A stretch of DNA of 64,000 bases from a virus. Positions 19,219-28,943 of the stretch are shown in pieces. The notes beneath the pieces were generated by a model, which saw only the letters and a list, made by a program, of their open reading frames with translations, was not told where the DNA came from and did no database searches. Made by a program: the position numbers and the translations under genes. The stretch lies in IMG/VR virus record IMGVR_UViG_3300044712_000833, positions 32,001-96,000 of that record, one strand, 5' to 3'. The first letter of the stretch is position 1; the number at the start of each line of letters is the position of its first letter.

Positions 19219-20811
19219 ATGAATAAAAATTTAATAGTAGAACAAGAAGGAGTATCTGCCTCAAGATTTTTTGAGGCAGATACTTTAGTTTTAAATGGGA
19301 AAAAAGTTTTAGTGGTAAACCCATATACAAATAAAAACAATGTGTTTAAAGGTCAATTACATTGTCACACAAGCAATAGTCCAGATGCAGTTGATACACC
19401 AATAAGTCTTTTACAAGCGTATAAGAATGCTGGATATGCTTTTGTTGTAACAACAGATCATGATTTTATGACATCACAACAAAGTGTTCAAGGAATATTA
19501 CATATAAAAGGTTCAGAAGAAGGTACGGCTGATGGTCATATAATAGCTGTAGGAAATGTGAATACAAAAGAAACAAATGTCTCTCAAGATGTTATAAATT
19601 TAATAAATGATGATAGAGCTTTTTCTGTTATGGCACATCCAGATTGGGTTGCGTTGCCTTTTAGCAATGAAAAACTTTTGGAAATATCTGGATATTATGG
19701 TATAGAAGTTTTCAATTCTTTAGCGAACACATCAAGCGAAGATAGTCAGGAAAAAGTTGATTATGTATTAAGAAATAATATCTGCACTTACCTGATTGCT
19801 TCTGATGATTGTCATAATATTTCAGGTGCTAATTTCAACAAGGGTTGGATATATGTTTATGCAAACGAATTAACTCAGGAAAGTATAATGGAGTCTTTAA
19901 AAAGAGGAAATTTTTATTCTTCAAATGGTGCTAATCTAACTGTAACTATGGACAAAGACACTGTATATGTTGAAACTCCAGATTATTCAAATATAGAATT
20001 TGTTACTCAATATGGAAAATCGAAAATTGAATTGAATGTGAAATCATCTTCGTATAAAATTTACGGAGACGAAAAATATGTTAGAGTAAATGTTATCAGA
20101 ATTTCTGATAATAAAAAAGCATGGTCTAACCCTATACAGGTGTTTTTACAGGGTCATGGGGGAGGAATTGTTTACCAAACAACTCAGGGGGAAGGAAGTA
20201 ATAGTAATTCTTCCACTATAAATTTTGCGACAAATAGTTCAGATATTTTTAGATGTAATAATACATCAAGTAGTGGTTGGGTTGGCACAATTAGTTCAAT
20301 AAATGGAAACGTTATTACCTTCACAACAATCTCTGGAAACGCAAATTCAATATTTCCTGCTTCTCAATTCAACTTAGGAAAATTAAGATTATACAATTCT
20401 TCAAAATCTAATGATTATGTGTTGATAACAAACGGTTCGGGAAATTCTTTGACTTTAGACAGGTCTGTATCTTCAAACTGGTCTGTTGGTCAAACTATAA
20501 CTGCAAATTCTCCATATGTAACAAGTGGAATCCACTATGACATTGAAATAGTTCTCGGTAATCTTTATGGAAAAAGTGGCGGTCTTGTCGAAGCTTATAT
20601 TATAGACTCTCTTGGGGCAAACGCAACATTATATATACATCCATTTGAATCTTTTGCTAACAGCAAGCAGACTCAAAGATTCACTCAATCCTCTGTTTGG
20701 TTTTCTTCTTTAGTAGCTTGTAAAATAAATCAAAATGTTATTTCATTAGCTTGGAAATCAAATGGGTCTGGTACTATGAGCGTTATACTTAGAGAAAGTA
20801 TGTATCTATAA
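19219..20811 (+). CDS. PHP-family (CehA/McbA-like) metallo-hydrolase with C-terminal beta domain
   Basis: GQLHCHT, TDHD, AHP, EVFN, SDDCH metal-binding motifs. Confidence 0.8.
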   Translation: MNKNLIVEQEGVSASRFFEADTLVLNGKKVLVVNPYTNKNNVFKGQLHCHTSNSPDAVDTPISLLQAYKNAGYAFVVTTDHDFMTSQQSVQGILHIKGSEEGTADGHIIAVGNVNTKETNVSQDVINLINDDRAFSVMAHPDWVALPFSNEKLLEISGYYGIEVFNSLANTSSEDSQEKVDYVLRNNICTYLIASDDCHNISGANFNKGWIYVYANELTQESIMESLKRGNFYSSNGANLTVTMDKDTVYVETPDYSNIEFVTQYGKSKIELNVKSSSYKIYGDEKYVRVNVIRISDNKKAWSNPIQVFLQGHGGGIVYQTTQGEGSNSNSSTINFATNSSDIFRCNNTSSSGWVGTISSINGNVITFTTISGNANSIFPASQFNLGKLRLYNSSKSNDYVLITNGSGNSLTLDRSVSSNWSVGQTITANSPYVTSGIHYDIEIVLGNLYGKSGGLVEAYIIDSLGANATLYIHPFESFANSKQTQRFTQSSVWFSSLVACKINQNVISLAWKSNGSGTMSVILRESMYL

Positions 20812-20846
20812 AAAATAGCCTTGCGTAAATGCAAGGCTATTTTTTT
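20810..20846. terminator. Bidirectional intrinsic terminator at the convergence of the two arms
   Basis: AAAAAATAGCCTTGC-GTAAAT-GCAAGGCTATTTTTT. Confidence 0.85.
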
Positions 20847-20872
20847 ACTATTTTATTTATAAAAGATGTATT

Positions 20873-21298
20873 TTATGTATGTCCTGTTGATCCGAATCCG
20901 CCTCTATTTTGTTCGTTAAGAAAATCTACTTCTTCAAATGTTAATTTTGGTTGTTTTTGGATTATTCTAAATTGAAGGATTCTGTCATTGAAATTTATTA
21001 CAGTATCCCTTGTGGCATAAAAATTAACTCTCCAAACATCATTATTTCCTTTGTAAGATTCATCGATGACACCTATAGAATTGGTAAGTAAAACACCCCA
21101 TTTTGAAAACGTAGATGATCTTGGAGCAATATGGGCTTCATATCCTTCTGGTAATTCCATTGATACCCCTAAAGAAAAAATTTTACTTTCAAACTTTTTT
21201 ATCTCTACTGTTTCTGCGGCTCTTAAATCACACCAATCCCCCTTCTCAATCATAGATAGTTTTTCAATTGGCGCATGATATTTAATTTTAATATTCAA
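20873..21298 (-). CDS. dut: dUTPase (trimeric)
   Basis: APRSS, GVIDESYKG, RGGFGSTG motifs. Confidence 0.92.
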   Translation of the reverse strand: MNIKIKYHAPIEKLSMIEKGDWCDLRAAETVEIKKFESKIFSLGVSMELPEGYEAHIAPRSSTFSKWGVLLTNSIGVIDESYKGNNDVWRVNFYATRDTVINFNDRILQFRIIQKQPKLTFEEVDFLNEQNRGGFGSTGHT

Positions 21299-21674
21299 TT
21301 CTTGTCTCCTTAATTCTCATTATTTCAAAATACGGGTATTCTTCAATTGTATAAAAAACCCATCTAATCCCAAATTTTCGTAATTCCTTCATACAATCTT
21401 TACAAGGCTTTGACAATCCCAAAGAACCATCTTTCTTTTCTCGATATACAAATATTGTTGATCCTTTTATAGATTCTTTTCCGCTATTCTTTAATGCCTG
21501 TATTTCTGCATGAAGACCAGTATATCTTGCTTCAGGATGAGTTTTATACTGATTATGACCTACAGAAACAGGCTTTCCCTTTACTACCAAAACAGCACCT
21601 AATTTATGCCTTGGATGCTGTGATAGTTTAGATATATTTTTTGCTAAACGAAAAAGACTTGGAAAATCATTCAT
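21288..21674 (-). CDS. Cytidine/dCMP deaminase-like zinc protein
   Basis: HAE...KPCKDC. Confidence 0.8.
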   Translation of the reverse strand: MNDFPSLFRLAKNISKLSQHPRHKLGAVLVVKGKPVSVGHNQYKTHPEARYTGLHAEIQALKNSGKESIKGSTIFVYREKKDGSLGLSKPCKDCMKELRKFGIRWVFYTIEEYPYFEIMRIKETRIEY

Positions 21675-21680
21675 GTATTT

Positions 21681-21709
21681 AGTATATCATGATTTTATTA
21701 TTTTGTCAA
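21681..21709 (-). promoter_or_regulatory. Sigma70-type promoter (leaderless start)
   Basis: TTGACA-17-TATACT, 6 nt before ATG at 21674. Confidence 0.7.
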
Positions 21710-21712
21710 GTT

Positions 21713-23347
21713 TTATAAACCACAAATTCCGTCAGCACATTCTTCGTTTCCTTCGAATACAACATTTTTCTTTGATATTGCAAAATCAAAATCAACAGGA
21801 GTTAATGGTTGTCCTCCTCTACTACCGTCAGCATAACATGTTATTCCTCTTAGTTTTGGAAGATATTTATATAATACCATGCCAAATTTATTATAGTCGT
21901 TATTCCCAAGACTTCCATATGAAGGTAAATTTACAGTAGATGAAATGGCGTTATCAACATATTCCTGTACAAACGCTTGAAAAGCAATCCTTTTTTCAGA
22001 CTTCAAGCTTAAAGAGTGAGCATCTTCAACATTTGATAAATCATATCCTTCTTCGTGAAGTTTCTCTGCCACAAAGTCAACAACATATTGCTTTTTCCAT
22101 CCTTCGGGAGTCAAATATCTTCTCTGATATGCTAATGAAAATATTGGCTCAATTCCAGAAGTGGTTTGTCCTCCAGCAATGCTAATGGTTCCATTTGGGG
22201 CAATTGCTCTTTTCTTAATTGGTTCTTTTACTCCCATTATTTTTGACCATTTTTTAGCAGATTTATCTGATGAATTTTTCCATTCATTTAACCAATTGGC
22301 AAGTTCATCATTCGGTTCGTATTTATATCCTCTGCGAATCAACCATTCATGAAAACCCATTATCCCAAGTCCTGTTCTCATGTTTTTATTCTTAATTTCT
22401 TTTACTTTTGGATGAGGAACATCTGAATAAATTACCCCTAAAATAAGAAATAATTGAGCAAGTTCTGTTACTTCTTTTAATTCCTCTAGAGAATTTATTT
22501 TTGAAAAGTTGACCGATCCTAAACAACAAACATCCGAATCATCTTCTGAAACAATTTCACAGCAAGCATTTCTTAGAGATTCGTTTTTATTTTCATAGTC
22601 GACACTGAATCCGGGTTCTGAATATTTAACCATATTTTCTACCGTCTTCCAGTATACATTATGTGCTAATTTATGATTTGGATTTTCTTTATTATCAAAA
22701 GCATCAAAAAAATCTTTATCTAATATAACTGATATATTAGTCATATCCATTGGAGCAGGGAAATCAAAATCTTTTTCTTTTAATTTTCTAATTTCTTGTG
22801 ACCAATTTTTAATATCAATAAATTCTAAAATATCTCCGTGATTCCATCTCAAACCCGCCCATATAGCCGATCTCCGCTTTCCTCCAGCCATGACTCCTCT
22901 TCCGATTTCATTTATCATTTTCATAAGAGGAATAGCCCCTGAAGAAACTCCCCCGCTTCTCTTCAAAGGAGTGTTTTTAGGTCTTAGATTTGAATAATCA
23001 ATCCCTAAACCCCCACCAGACATTAACATGACAGTTGCTTTCTGTGCAACATCAGCCCATCCTTCGCGGGTATCATCGACTCTTAAAAGAAAACAATTGT
23101 TTGTTTGGTGATAATCTCTTCCTGATTGAGCTAAGAATCTTCCACCCGGAATAAATTTTCTTTCCGAAATCATTTTCTCTATTTTTTCTTTTATTTCTGA
23201 GAAATCATAATTTATATTTTTTGTAACAGAAAAAACGTTTTTAACAACTCTGCTAGATATTTCTTCCCAAGTCTCTTTTGACCCATCTTCTTTATCCCAA
23301 GAATACCTTAACTTCATAATATCGTCTGAAAAACTCATAAAAAACAA
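21713..23347 (-). CDS. nrdJ: Class II (B12-dependent) ribonucleotide reductase, compact
   Basis: PGGR, NNCF, GGGLG, RRSA, NACCE finger loop, APNGTIS, SGIEP, C-terminal CxxGxC; no small subunit gene nearby. Confidence 0.85.
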   Translation of the reverse strand: MFFMSFSDDIMKLRYSWDKEDGSKETWEEISSRVVKNVFSVTKNINYDFSEIKEKIEKMISERKFIPGGRFLAQSGRDYHQTNNCFLLRVDDTREGWADVAQKATVMLMSGGGLGIDYSNLRPKNTPLKRSGGVSSGAIPLMKMINEIGRGVMAGGKRRSAIWAGLRWNHGDILEFIDIKNWSQEIRKLKEKDFDFPAPMDMTNISVILDKDFFDAFDNKENPNHKLAHNVYWKTVENMVKYSEPGFSVDYENKNESLRNACCEIVSEDDSDVCCLGSVNFSKINSLEELKEVTELAQLFLILGVIYSDVPHPKVKEIKNKNMRTGLGIMGFHEWLIRRGYKYEPNDELANWLNEWKNSSDKSAKKWSKIMGVKEPIKKRAIAPNGTISIAGGQTTSGIEPIFSLAYQRRYLTPEGWKKQYVVDFVAEKLHEEGYDLSNVEDAHSLSLKSEKRIAFQAFVQEYVDNAISSTVNLPSYGSLGNNDYNKFGMVLYKYLPKLRGITCYADGSRGGQPLTPVDFDFAISKKNVVFEGNEECADGICGL

Positions 23348-23352
23348 ACCTC

Positions 23353-24039
23353 CTAAAAATTATATTTTTCTTGCATTAAATCGTTCCATGTTTGATATGT
23401 AAAAGGAACAATTTCTTTAATAATATCTTCAATTGCTTTTGCGTATAATTGAATTTCATGTTGTGCATGTGGATGTCTACGCAACTCTAAAAAATGAAAC
23501 AAATTATGTAAATCAACTGTGGCATAGAAATTTGTGTATAAGAACTGTGGCAGTACCCCTCTTGCTATTTCTCTCGCAACACCAGATTCTATCATGCTTT
23601 CGTATATTTGAACAGCGTCTTCACAAAACATTTTAATAACATCGGAATATTCATCGGAAGATTCGCTGTTCAACAATTCTCCAGTTGACATTTGTTTGTT
23701 ATCAGAAGATTGAATTCTGAATTCCTTTGGTATATAAAACTCTAAATTGTCGCTAGTATATCTTCTTGAAATTTCATTGTAAGACCAAGTTCGATGTCTC
23801 ATCCATTGTCTAGCAATAAAAAGAGGACATTTAATATTGAATGTAAAATTGACAGACTCTAAAGGACTTGTGTGTTTATTCTTCAATAAGTATTCAATTA
23901 GTTTTTTATCCCTGTCAGTTAATGTTTTTGAATAATCATTTCCATATGAGACTCTTGCGTTTCTAACAATGCTTGTATCATCTCCCATACTGTCAATGTA
24001 GTAAACAAAACCTATATTATCTCCTAAAACGTTTTCCAT
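23353..24039 (-). CDS. thyX: Flavin-dependent thymidylate synthase
   Basis: HTSPLE, RHRTWSYNEISRRY signature. Confidence 0.95.
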   Translation of the reverse strand: MENVLGDNIGFVYYIDSMGDDTSIVRNARVSYGNDYSKTLTDRDKKLIEYLLKNKHTSPLESVNFTFNIKCPLFIARQWMRHRTWSYNEISRRYTSDNLEFYIPKEFRIQSSDNKQMSTGELLNSESSDEYSDVIKMFCEDAVQIYESMIESGVAREIARGVLPQFLYTNFYATVDLHNLFHFLELRRHPHAQHEIQLYAKAIEDIIKEIVPFTYQTWNDLMQEKYNF

Positions 24040-24064
24040 AATCCTCCTGAAAATTAAGATATAA

Positions 24065-24104
24065 ATAGGGCGGCTCTCTAAAAGAAAGTCACCCTATTAT
24101 TTTT
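24065..24104. terminator. Hairpin, possible terminator
   Basis: AATAGGG...CCCTATT inverted repeat between genes. Confidence 0.4.
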
Positions 24105-24109
24105 ACTTT

Positions 24110-24295
24110 TTATTCGTCTGGATCAACTTTTTTTGTAAATCCTTCTCCGCGATAAATTATAGACGATGGGAGAATGATTTTTCTTACTTTTGAGCTTCTG
24201 CATTCTGGACATTTTGGTTTTTTATCATCAGAATAAGAAGATTCGTGTTCGAATTGCTTACCGCATTTTTCACATCTAAAATCGTACTTAACCAT
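24110..24295 (-). CDS. FmdB-family zinc ribbon protein
   Basis: YDFRCEKCG...CPEC...IIYRGEGF. Confidence 0.8.
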   Translation of the reverse strand: MVKYDFRCEKCGKQFEHESSYSDDKKPKCPECRSSKVRKIILPSSIIYRGEGFTKKVDPDE

Positions 24296-24840
24296 TATTT
24301 CCTCAATTCGTATTTATTTAGCTGATAATAGAAAACGCTTAAGGTATTTTCATGAAATACTTTTCTGTTTGTTGGATCAGTTTGACCCTTTTTCCATAAT
24401 TTTGCTCTGTTCATAAAATCTGATTTATCAATATAACCACAAATCCAAACCTTAGAAAAATCATCTTTTGTAGACATAAAAACATATCTATCAACATTTT
24501 CTAGAGACCTTCGCATTTGATACTCAAAAAACGAAGCTTCAAAATCATCTTTTGGGTCAACTTTTCTATATTTACACTTTACATCCACTTTCATTCCGTC
24601 ATGATGGAAATCAAAAGGAATATCTCTATCTGGAGTTTTTTTGGCAATTGGAAACAGTGATTGATATACTATTTCCCCAACAATCCCCGCCAATCTGCTT
24701 TCCATTCTATCATAAACCGTTCTTGAATTTAAAGAAAGCGAAGAAGAAAATCTTTTTGCAAAAATATCTTTTGCGTAAAAAATTTCATCTTTAGTTGTTC
24801 GATAAAGAAGAAACCCATATTTATCTACTGAAATATTCAT
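24295..24840 (-). CDS. PD-(D/E)XK-like nuclease-fold protein
   Basis: GIVGE, FDF, VDVK pattern. Confidence 0.5.
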   Translation of the reverse strand: MNISVDKYGFLLYRTTKDEIFYAKDIFAKRFSSSLSLNSRTVYDRMESRLAGIVGEIVYQSLFPIAKKTPDRDIPFDFHHDGMKVDVKCKYRKVDPKDDFEASFFEYQMRRSLENVDRYVFMSTKDDFSKVWICGYIDKSDFMNRAKLWKKGQTDPTNRKVFHENTLSVFYYQLNKYELRK

Positions 24841-24865
24841 TTGACCTCTTTATAAAATTTGTATT

Positions 24866-25018
24866 TTATTTATTAATTCGACGATATTCAGCAAATACGG
24901 CTGATAGCCATCCCCAAGTGCTACCAATCCATCCGTCCTGACCAGTGTGTAGAACCATTACTAAGGATAGAATACAGAAAATAGCGAAAATGTAAATATA
25001 AAAAATTTTAAAATTCAT
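24866..25018 (-). CDS. Small membrane protein (not in ORF track)
   Basis: MNFKIFYIY...RRINK, 50 aa, bracketed by two ATAAAA-N6-TTTTAT sites. Confidence 0.5.
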   Translation of the reverse strand: MNFKIFYIYIFAIFCILSLVMVLHTGQDGWIGSTWGWLSAVFAEYRRINK

Positions 25019-25043
25019 AATAAAATTGACCTTTTATTCATCT

Positions 25044-25340
25044 TTACAAATCGGAATATGACTTAATGGCTTCGAACACCAACCTTATAGTATCATATTC
25101 TTCATCATTTATCATAGATGTTTTTTCTACTCTAAATCCACCACTTGAAATAAATGTTACTCTCTCATCCTTAAGAAAATCATCAACTAATCCAGAAACA
25201 AACTCTCTCAACTCTTCTGTAGATGGAACGTGATAGCCAGTGGGAAGTACAAGTTTCCAATCTAAAATCTCCATTATTTCTTTGGCTTTTTCGAATTTAA
25301 AACCGTCTAATAAATCTTTTTTAATTTTTTCTTTATCCAT
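25044..25340 (-). CDS. Hypothetical protein
   Basis: 98 aa, bracketed by repeat sites. Confidence 0.6.
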   Translation of the reverse strand: MDKEKIKKDLLDGFKFEKAKEIMEILDWKLVLPTGYHVPSTEELREFVSGLVDDFLKDERVTFISSGGFRVEKTSMINDEEYDTIRLVFEAIKSYSDL

Positions 25341-25355
25341 AAAACCTCTATTTTA

Positions 25356-25709
25356 TCAAAACCCAATTAAAGAAAACGCAGAAATCGGAAAGTTACATCC
25401 TTTTATATAGTGATATAACTGAATACTTACTTTTTTGCATTCTCCACAACGCCCTACACCATGAGCCAAACCCCATTCAAAACTACCAAATAAACCATCT
25501 AATTCTGATCCACATTTTGGGCATTTGTTGTCAATTATCCAAACTGCCTTATAATTTGAGAAATCTTCTATTGTAAGATTGCATTTATGTTCTTCATTGA
25601 ATAATTTAAGATTTTCTTCTGAAATCAAAATTCCATTAATTGAAAAATGTTCTTTTCCAAATTCATTACAAGCGACTTCATAAAAAGATTCTAACGTGTG
25701 TTCTGTCAC
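25356..25709 (-). CDS. Zinc-finger hypothetical protein
   Basis: CPKC...CGEC. Confidence 0.55.
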   Translation of the reverse strand: MTEHTLESFYEVACNEFGKEHFSINGILISEENLKLFNEEHKCNLTIEDFSNYKAVWIIDNKCPKCGSELDGLFGSFEWGLAHGVGRCGECKKVSIQLYHYIKGCNFPISAFSLIGF

Positions 25710-25903
25710 TGAATTTTCTCCACTTCTCCTGTATATGGGTCTAGTTTTAGATTTCCTTTTACTCTAAAATTATCTGACTTAGATACTTTTTCCCACCAAA
25801 AAGCATCGTCGTATCCCTGCCAAGTAACTACTTTACCAATTCCGTCTATATCAAAAAAGTTCCAAAATAAATCATTACCAATTTGATTGAGTTTAGCTTT
25901 CAT
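25706..25903 (-). CDS. Hypothetical protein
   Basis: 65 aa, overlap-coupled to next gene. Confidence 0.5.
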   Translation of the reverse strand: MKAKLNQIGNDLFWNFFDIDGIGKVVTWQGYDDAFWWEKVSKSDNFRVKGNLKLDPYTGEVEKIQ

Positions 25904-25917
25904 AAAAAATAACCCTT

Positions 25918-26802
25918 TTATTGGATTGTTAGAACTTTTTTAAACATGGTATCAATGTTGTCAGCGATAGGGTATCTCTCCATACAAGTTGAACTTTTTG
26001 AAAATTCTCTGGTGACTAAATCGACGTACATTGTGTATTTACCATCATCACCCATGTAAAACTCTTCCCAATATTGATTAGGTAATTTAGATTTCATGTT
26101 TAATTGATTCAAAGCCAAGTTATCAAAACTAATAATAGGAAAGCCCTTTGATAGAATCATTATGTTTTCAGATAACTCGCTCATGTTTTTCTCTACGGAA
26201 GGAGAGTAAAATTTTAGCCCTCTTCTAAGATGTTTATATCCCAAAACTAAAATCTTAATTCCTTTATTTGATAATTTTTTGTAATGATCCAAACTGGTGA
26301 CTCCGTTTATTGTATGAATAATGGCGTTTTCATATTTATCAATAAGTGAAATAAAGTTATCGCTTGGTTTTATCATGGAAACACCTATTCCATGAGCTAA
26401 CCCTTTTGAGACAATATCTTTAATTAGAAGCTGTTTTCTTTCAAAATGAATTTGGTTTATTGTTAAATTAGCAATGATATTTCGTTCTTTTAGTTTATAG
26501 AGGAACGGTATTAGAAATGGGTGATCTAACGGATTACCTCCGCCAATTGCTAATTCGGTAAACGGACTCAGTGTATTAATAAAATCTACATTTAAGTCCC
26601 CATGTAATCCTAACTTGATTGAGTCCTCATGACAATACAAACATCCAGCATCACAATAATTTGTTATTTTTAAATCAATGTTTTCTGGAAAAGATGGCGT
26701 TAAATTATCAAGATCATTTTCTCTAATCTTTGTTCCATCTGAATAAAGTGAAACAGTATAGTTACCGTTTTTATAAGACCCAAGCAAGTTAGTTTTTTTC
26801 AT
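25918..26802 (-). CDS. Radical SAM protein
   Basis: CDAGCLYCHE (CxxxCxxC), GGGNP motif. Confidence 0.9.
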   Translation of the reverse strand: MKKTNLLGSYKNGNYTVSLYSDGTKIRENDLDNLTPSFPENIDLKITNYCDAGCLYCHEDSIKLGLHGDLNVDFINTLSPFTELAIGGGNPLDHPFLIPFLYKLKERNIIANLTINQIHFERKQLLIKDIVSKGLAHGIGVSMIKPSDNFISLIDKYENAIIHTINGVTSLDHYKKLSNKGIKILVLGYKHLRRGLKFYSPSVEKNMSELSENIMILSKGFPIISFDNLALNQLNMKSKLPNQYWEEFYMGDDGKYTMYVDLVTREFSKSSTCMERYPIADNIDTMFKKVLTIQ

Positions 26803-26808
26803 TATTTA

Positions 26809-27135
26809 TTATCCATCGTATCCATAATAACCGAATGCTACAATTTCGTCTCCAGAAGGAGTTTTGTGAACCTGTTCAAAAGTTTCCATGTCTCTATCAA
26901 AAAAATCACTATAGGTCATTCTTTCTTCCGAAATAAGTTCCTCAATATCTCCATCATGCCATTTTTTGATTGATTCTGAGTGGTCTTTTTCTACTTGTTC
27001 TTTTGTTTTTAGTTTCTCGTCATCAAGTAGAAGTTCTCCGCTTTTCCACTTTTCAAATTCTTTTTTAGACACAATTACAAGAGTGTGAGTACTTGAAGAG
27101 TTTGTTTCAAAAGTCCCAATTCTAATCTGCTTCAT
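26809..27135 (-). CDS. FETNSSSTH-motif protein 1
   Basis: N-terminus MKQIRIGTFETNSSSTHTLV; ends FGYYGYDG. Confidence 0.7.
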   Translation of the reverse strand: MKQIRIGTFETNSSSTHTLVIVSKKEFEKWKSGELLLDDEKLKTKEQVEKDHSESIKKWHDGDIEELISEERMTYSDFFDRDMETFEQVHKTPSGDEIVAFGYYGYDG

Positions 27136-27147
27136 TTAATTCTCCTT

Positions 27148-27690
27148 TTAATGATTATCGTTATCTACAGCAATAAAATACTTTTCTGTAAATATTAGTT
27201 CTTTTATAAATTCTTTAAACGACTTTTCATTCATTGAAAAAATATCATTTCCAGATTTATAAAAAATATTTGGCTCTAATGATTGATGGTCGATATACCC
27301 AAAATCATAATATCCGACATTCTTTTCTAATTCAATCTTCTTTCCAGAAATATTGAGTACAACATCGTCTATCCAAATGAAGTATTTAGAATTTAAAATC
27401 GCTTTAAGTTTTGCATCTGAATATTCTTTTTCCAATTCTTCTCTTTTTGGATCATCCCATGCAGGAATACGAATCGCCTTTACTCCATCGTCTTCATATT
27501 GAATTAGGGTAATTAAATATGAGATTTTATCTTCGGGGGACTTTAGTTCTTCATATCCCCAACCATATTCTCCAAAACCAATATTTTCAAAAACAATATT
27601 TCTTTTAATGTTCAATAGCGAATTCGTCAAAACCAAGCTATGTGTGCTGGACGAATTGGTTTCAAAAGTTCCGTGTCTTATTTGTTTCAT
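27148..27690 (-). CDS. FETNSSSTH-motif protein 2
   Basis: N-terminus MKQIRHGTFETNSSSTHSLV; GYIDHQS; ends DNDNH. Confidence 0.7.
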   Translation of the reverse strand: MKQIRHGTFETNSSSTHSLVLTNSLLNIKRNIVFENIGFGEYGWGYEELKSPEDKISYLITLIQYEDDGVKAIRIPAWDDPKREELEKEYSDAKLKAILNSKYFIWIDDVVLNISGKKIELEKNVGYYDFGYIDHQSLEPNIFYKSGNDIFSMNEKSFKEFIKELIFTEKYFIAVDNDNH

Positions 27691-27725
27691 TTTTTTTATT
27701 TTCCTTTATAAAATGCGCCTTTTAT

Positions 27726-28439
27726 TTATATTCCATATTCTTCAAATAAATCCCTTTGAGGGGCAAAGTCAATTCCGAATATCTGCTTTTCAAGTGAAAG
27801 TCTTTCAATTACGGCTTCTCTGAATTCTTTATGCCTTTTCCCGGAATTTTTCCCTTGAATAGAGACTCTCCATGTATTGTTTTCAGACCTATGAACGCCA
27901 ATAATTCCTGTTTTATTGTTTTTTGATATACTTACGTTTCTGGCATTTTCTTCTCTTGTAACGAGTCTGAGATTTTCTTTTCTGTTATCTAACCTATTTC
28001 TATTTATATGATCTACTATTTCTCCCTCCTTTGCTCCGATTATAATCCTATGAAGTCTTACTTTTTTAAAATTATTTTCCGTGTCATGAGAAACAGCATA
28101 ACCATCGTCAAGCGTCCATTTATATCGTTTTATTTTTTCATAATCGGAAGAATCTATCAAAAACCCATCGGTTTCAGATAAAATTCCTAGCGTAGTTTCT
28201 TCATCTATCATGATGTATTCGTTGTATTTTTTACTTAACTTTGATGTGGTTTCTGGAATTAAATGACCGCAAGACTTAGTATGACCTCTGACTAGAGAAT
28301 TTGATTTTACAAAACAAGTTTTTCCACAAGAACATAAGCATTCCCATTCAATGTGTTTTCCGCTTTCACCTCTCTTTGATATTCTGACTACTTTCAATTC
28401 TCCGAATATTTTATTTGACAAATCATTGTATTTTTTCAT
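27726..28439 (-). CDS. HNH homing endonuclease with AP2-like domain
   Basis: WECLCSCG, LHR...VDHINRNRLDNRKENLR, NKTGIIGV; start ATG 28439 lies just after a promoter. Confidence 0.85.
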   Translation of the reverse strand: MKKYNDLSNKIFGELKVVRISKRGESGKHIEWECLCSCGKTCFVKSNSLVRGHTKSCGHLIPETTSKLSKKYNEYIMIDEETTLGILSETDGFLIDSSDYEKIKRYKWTLDDGYAVSHDTENNFKKVRLHRIIIGAKEGEIVDHINRNRLDNRKENLRLVTREENARNVSISKNNKTGIIGVHRSENNTWRVSIQGKNSGKRHKEFREAVIERLSLEKQIFGIDFAPQRDLFEEYGI

Positions 28440-28446
28440 AATTGTT

Positions 28447-28475
28447 ATGATACCACAAAACCCTTGATTTGTCAA
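28447..28475 (-). promoter_or_regulatory. Sigma70-type promoter (leaderless start)
   Basis: TTGACA-17-TATCAT with TGTGG, 7 nt before ATG. Confidence 0.65.
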
Positions 28476-28478
28476 GGG

Positions 28479-28943
28479 TTAAGTATAAGTCAATATTCTT
28501 TTGAACCGAAATGTTCCTCTACCATATTCTTTGGCTGTTTTATTTACCACATATCTAATGTAATATTTTTTCCAAAACCACATTTTAGAAACGTCGAGAG
28601 CAAACCTCAATTCAGGAGTCGTTCTAAACTCCACTATGGTTTTGTCTTCTTCGGTCTTCCCTTTTTGATAATCTACCAAATAATCGCCCTCATTATCGCT
28701 AAACAGATATTCGGGGTAAGGGACTCCGAATAATAAATAAAATGCTTCTTTTATAAATATTGAAACTTTATTGTTTACTAAAAAGTTTTCAATTTTATTC
28801 CAAAAGTTCACGAAAGAAATTATTTTCTTTTCTGTAACCTTCAATTCTTCTTCAGATTTGAATTTGAATCCCTTTAGTTTTTTATCTTCATTTACTGCTT
28901 TTATAATCCCCATTACGATTTGAACATGATTGTTACTTAGCAT
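28479..28943 (-). CDS. Hypothetical protein
   Basis: 154 aa, tightly packed operon. Confidence 0.55.
   Translation of the reverse strand: MLSNNHVQIVMGIIKAVNEDKKLKGFKFKSEEELKVTEKKIISFVNFWNKIENFLVNNKVSIFIKEAFYLLFGVPYPEYLFSDNEGDYLVDYQKGKTEEDKTIVEFRTTPELRFALDVSKMWFWKKYYIRYVVNKTAKEYGRGTFRFKRILTYT

Noticed and set aside
17426-20811. Diversity-generating retroelement or invertible fibre cassette
   Set aside because: No reverse transcriptase, template/variable repeat pair or inverted fibre segments seen
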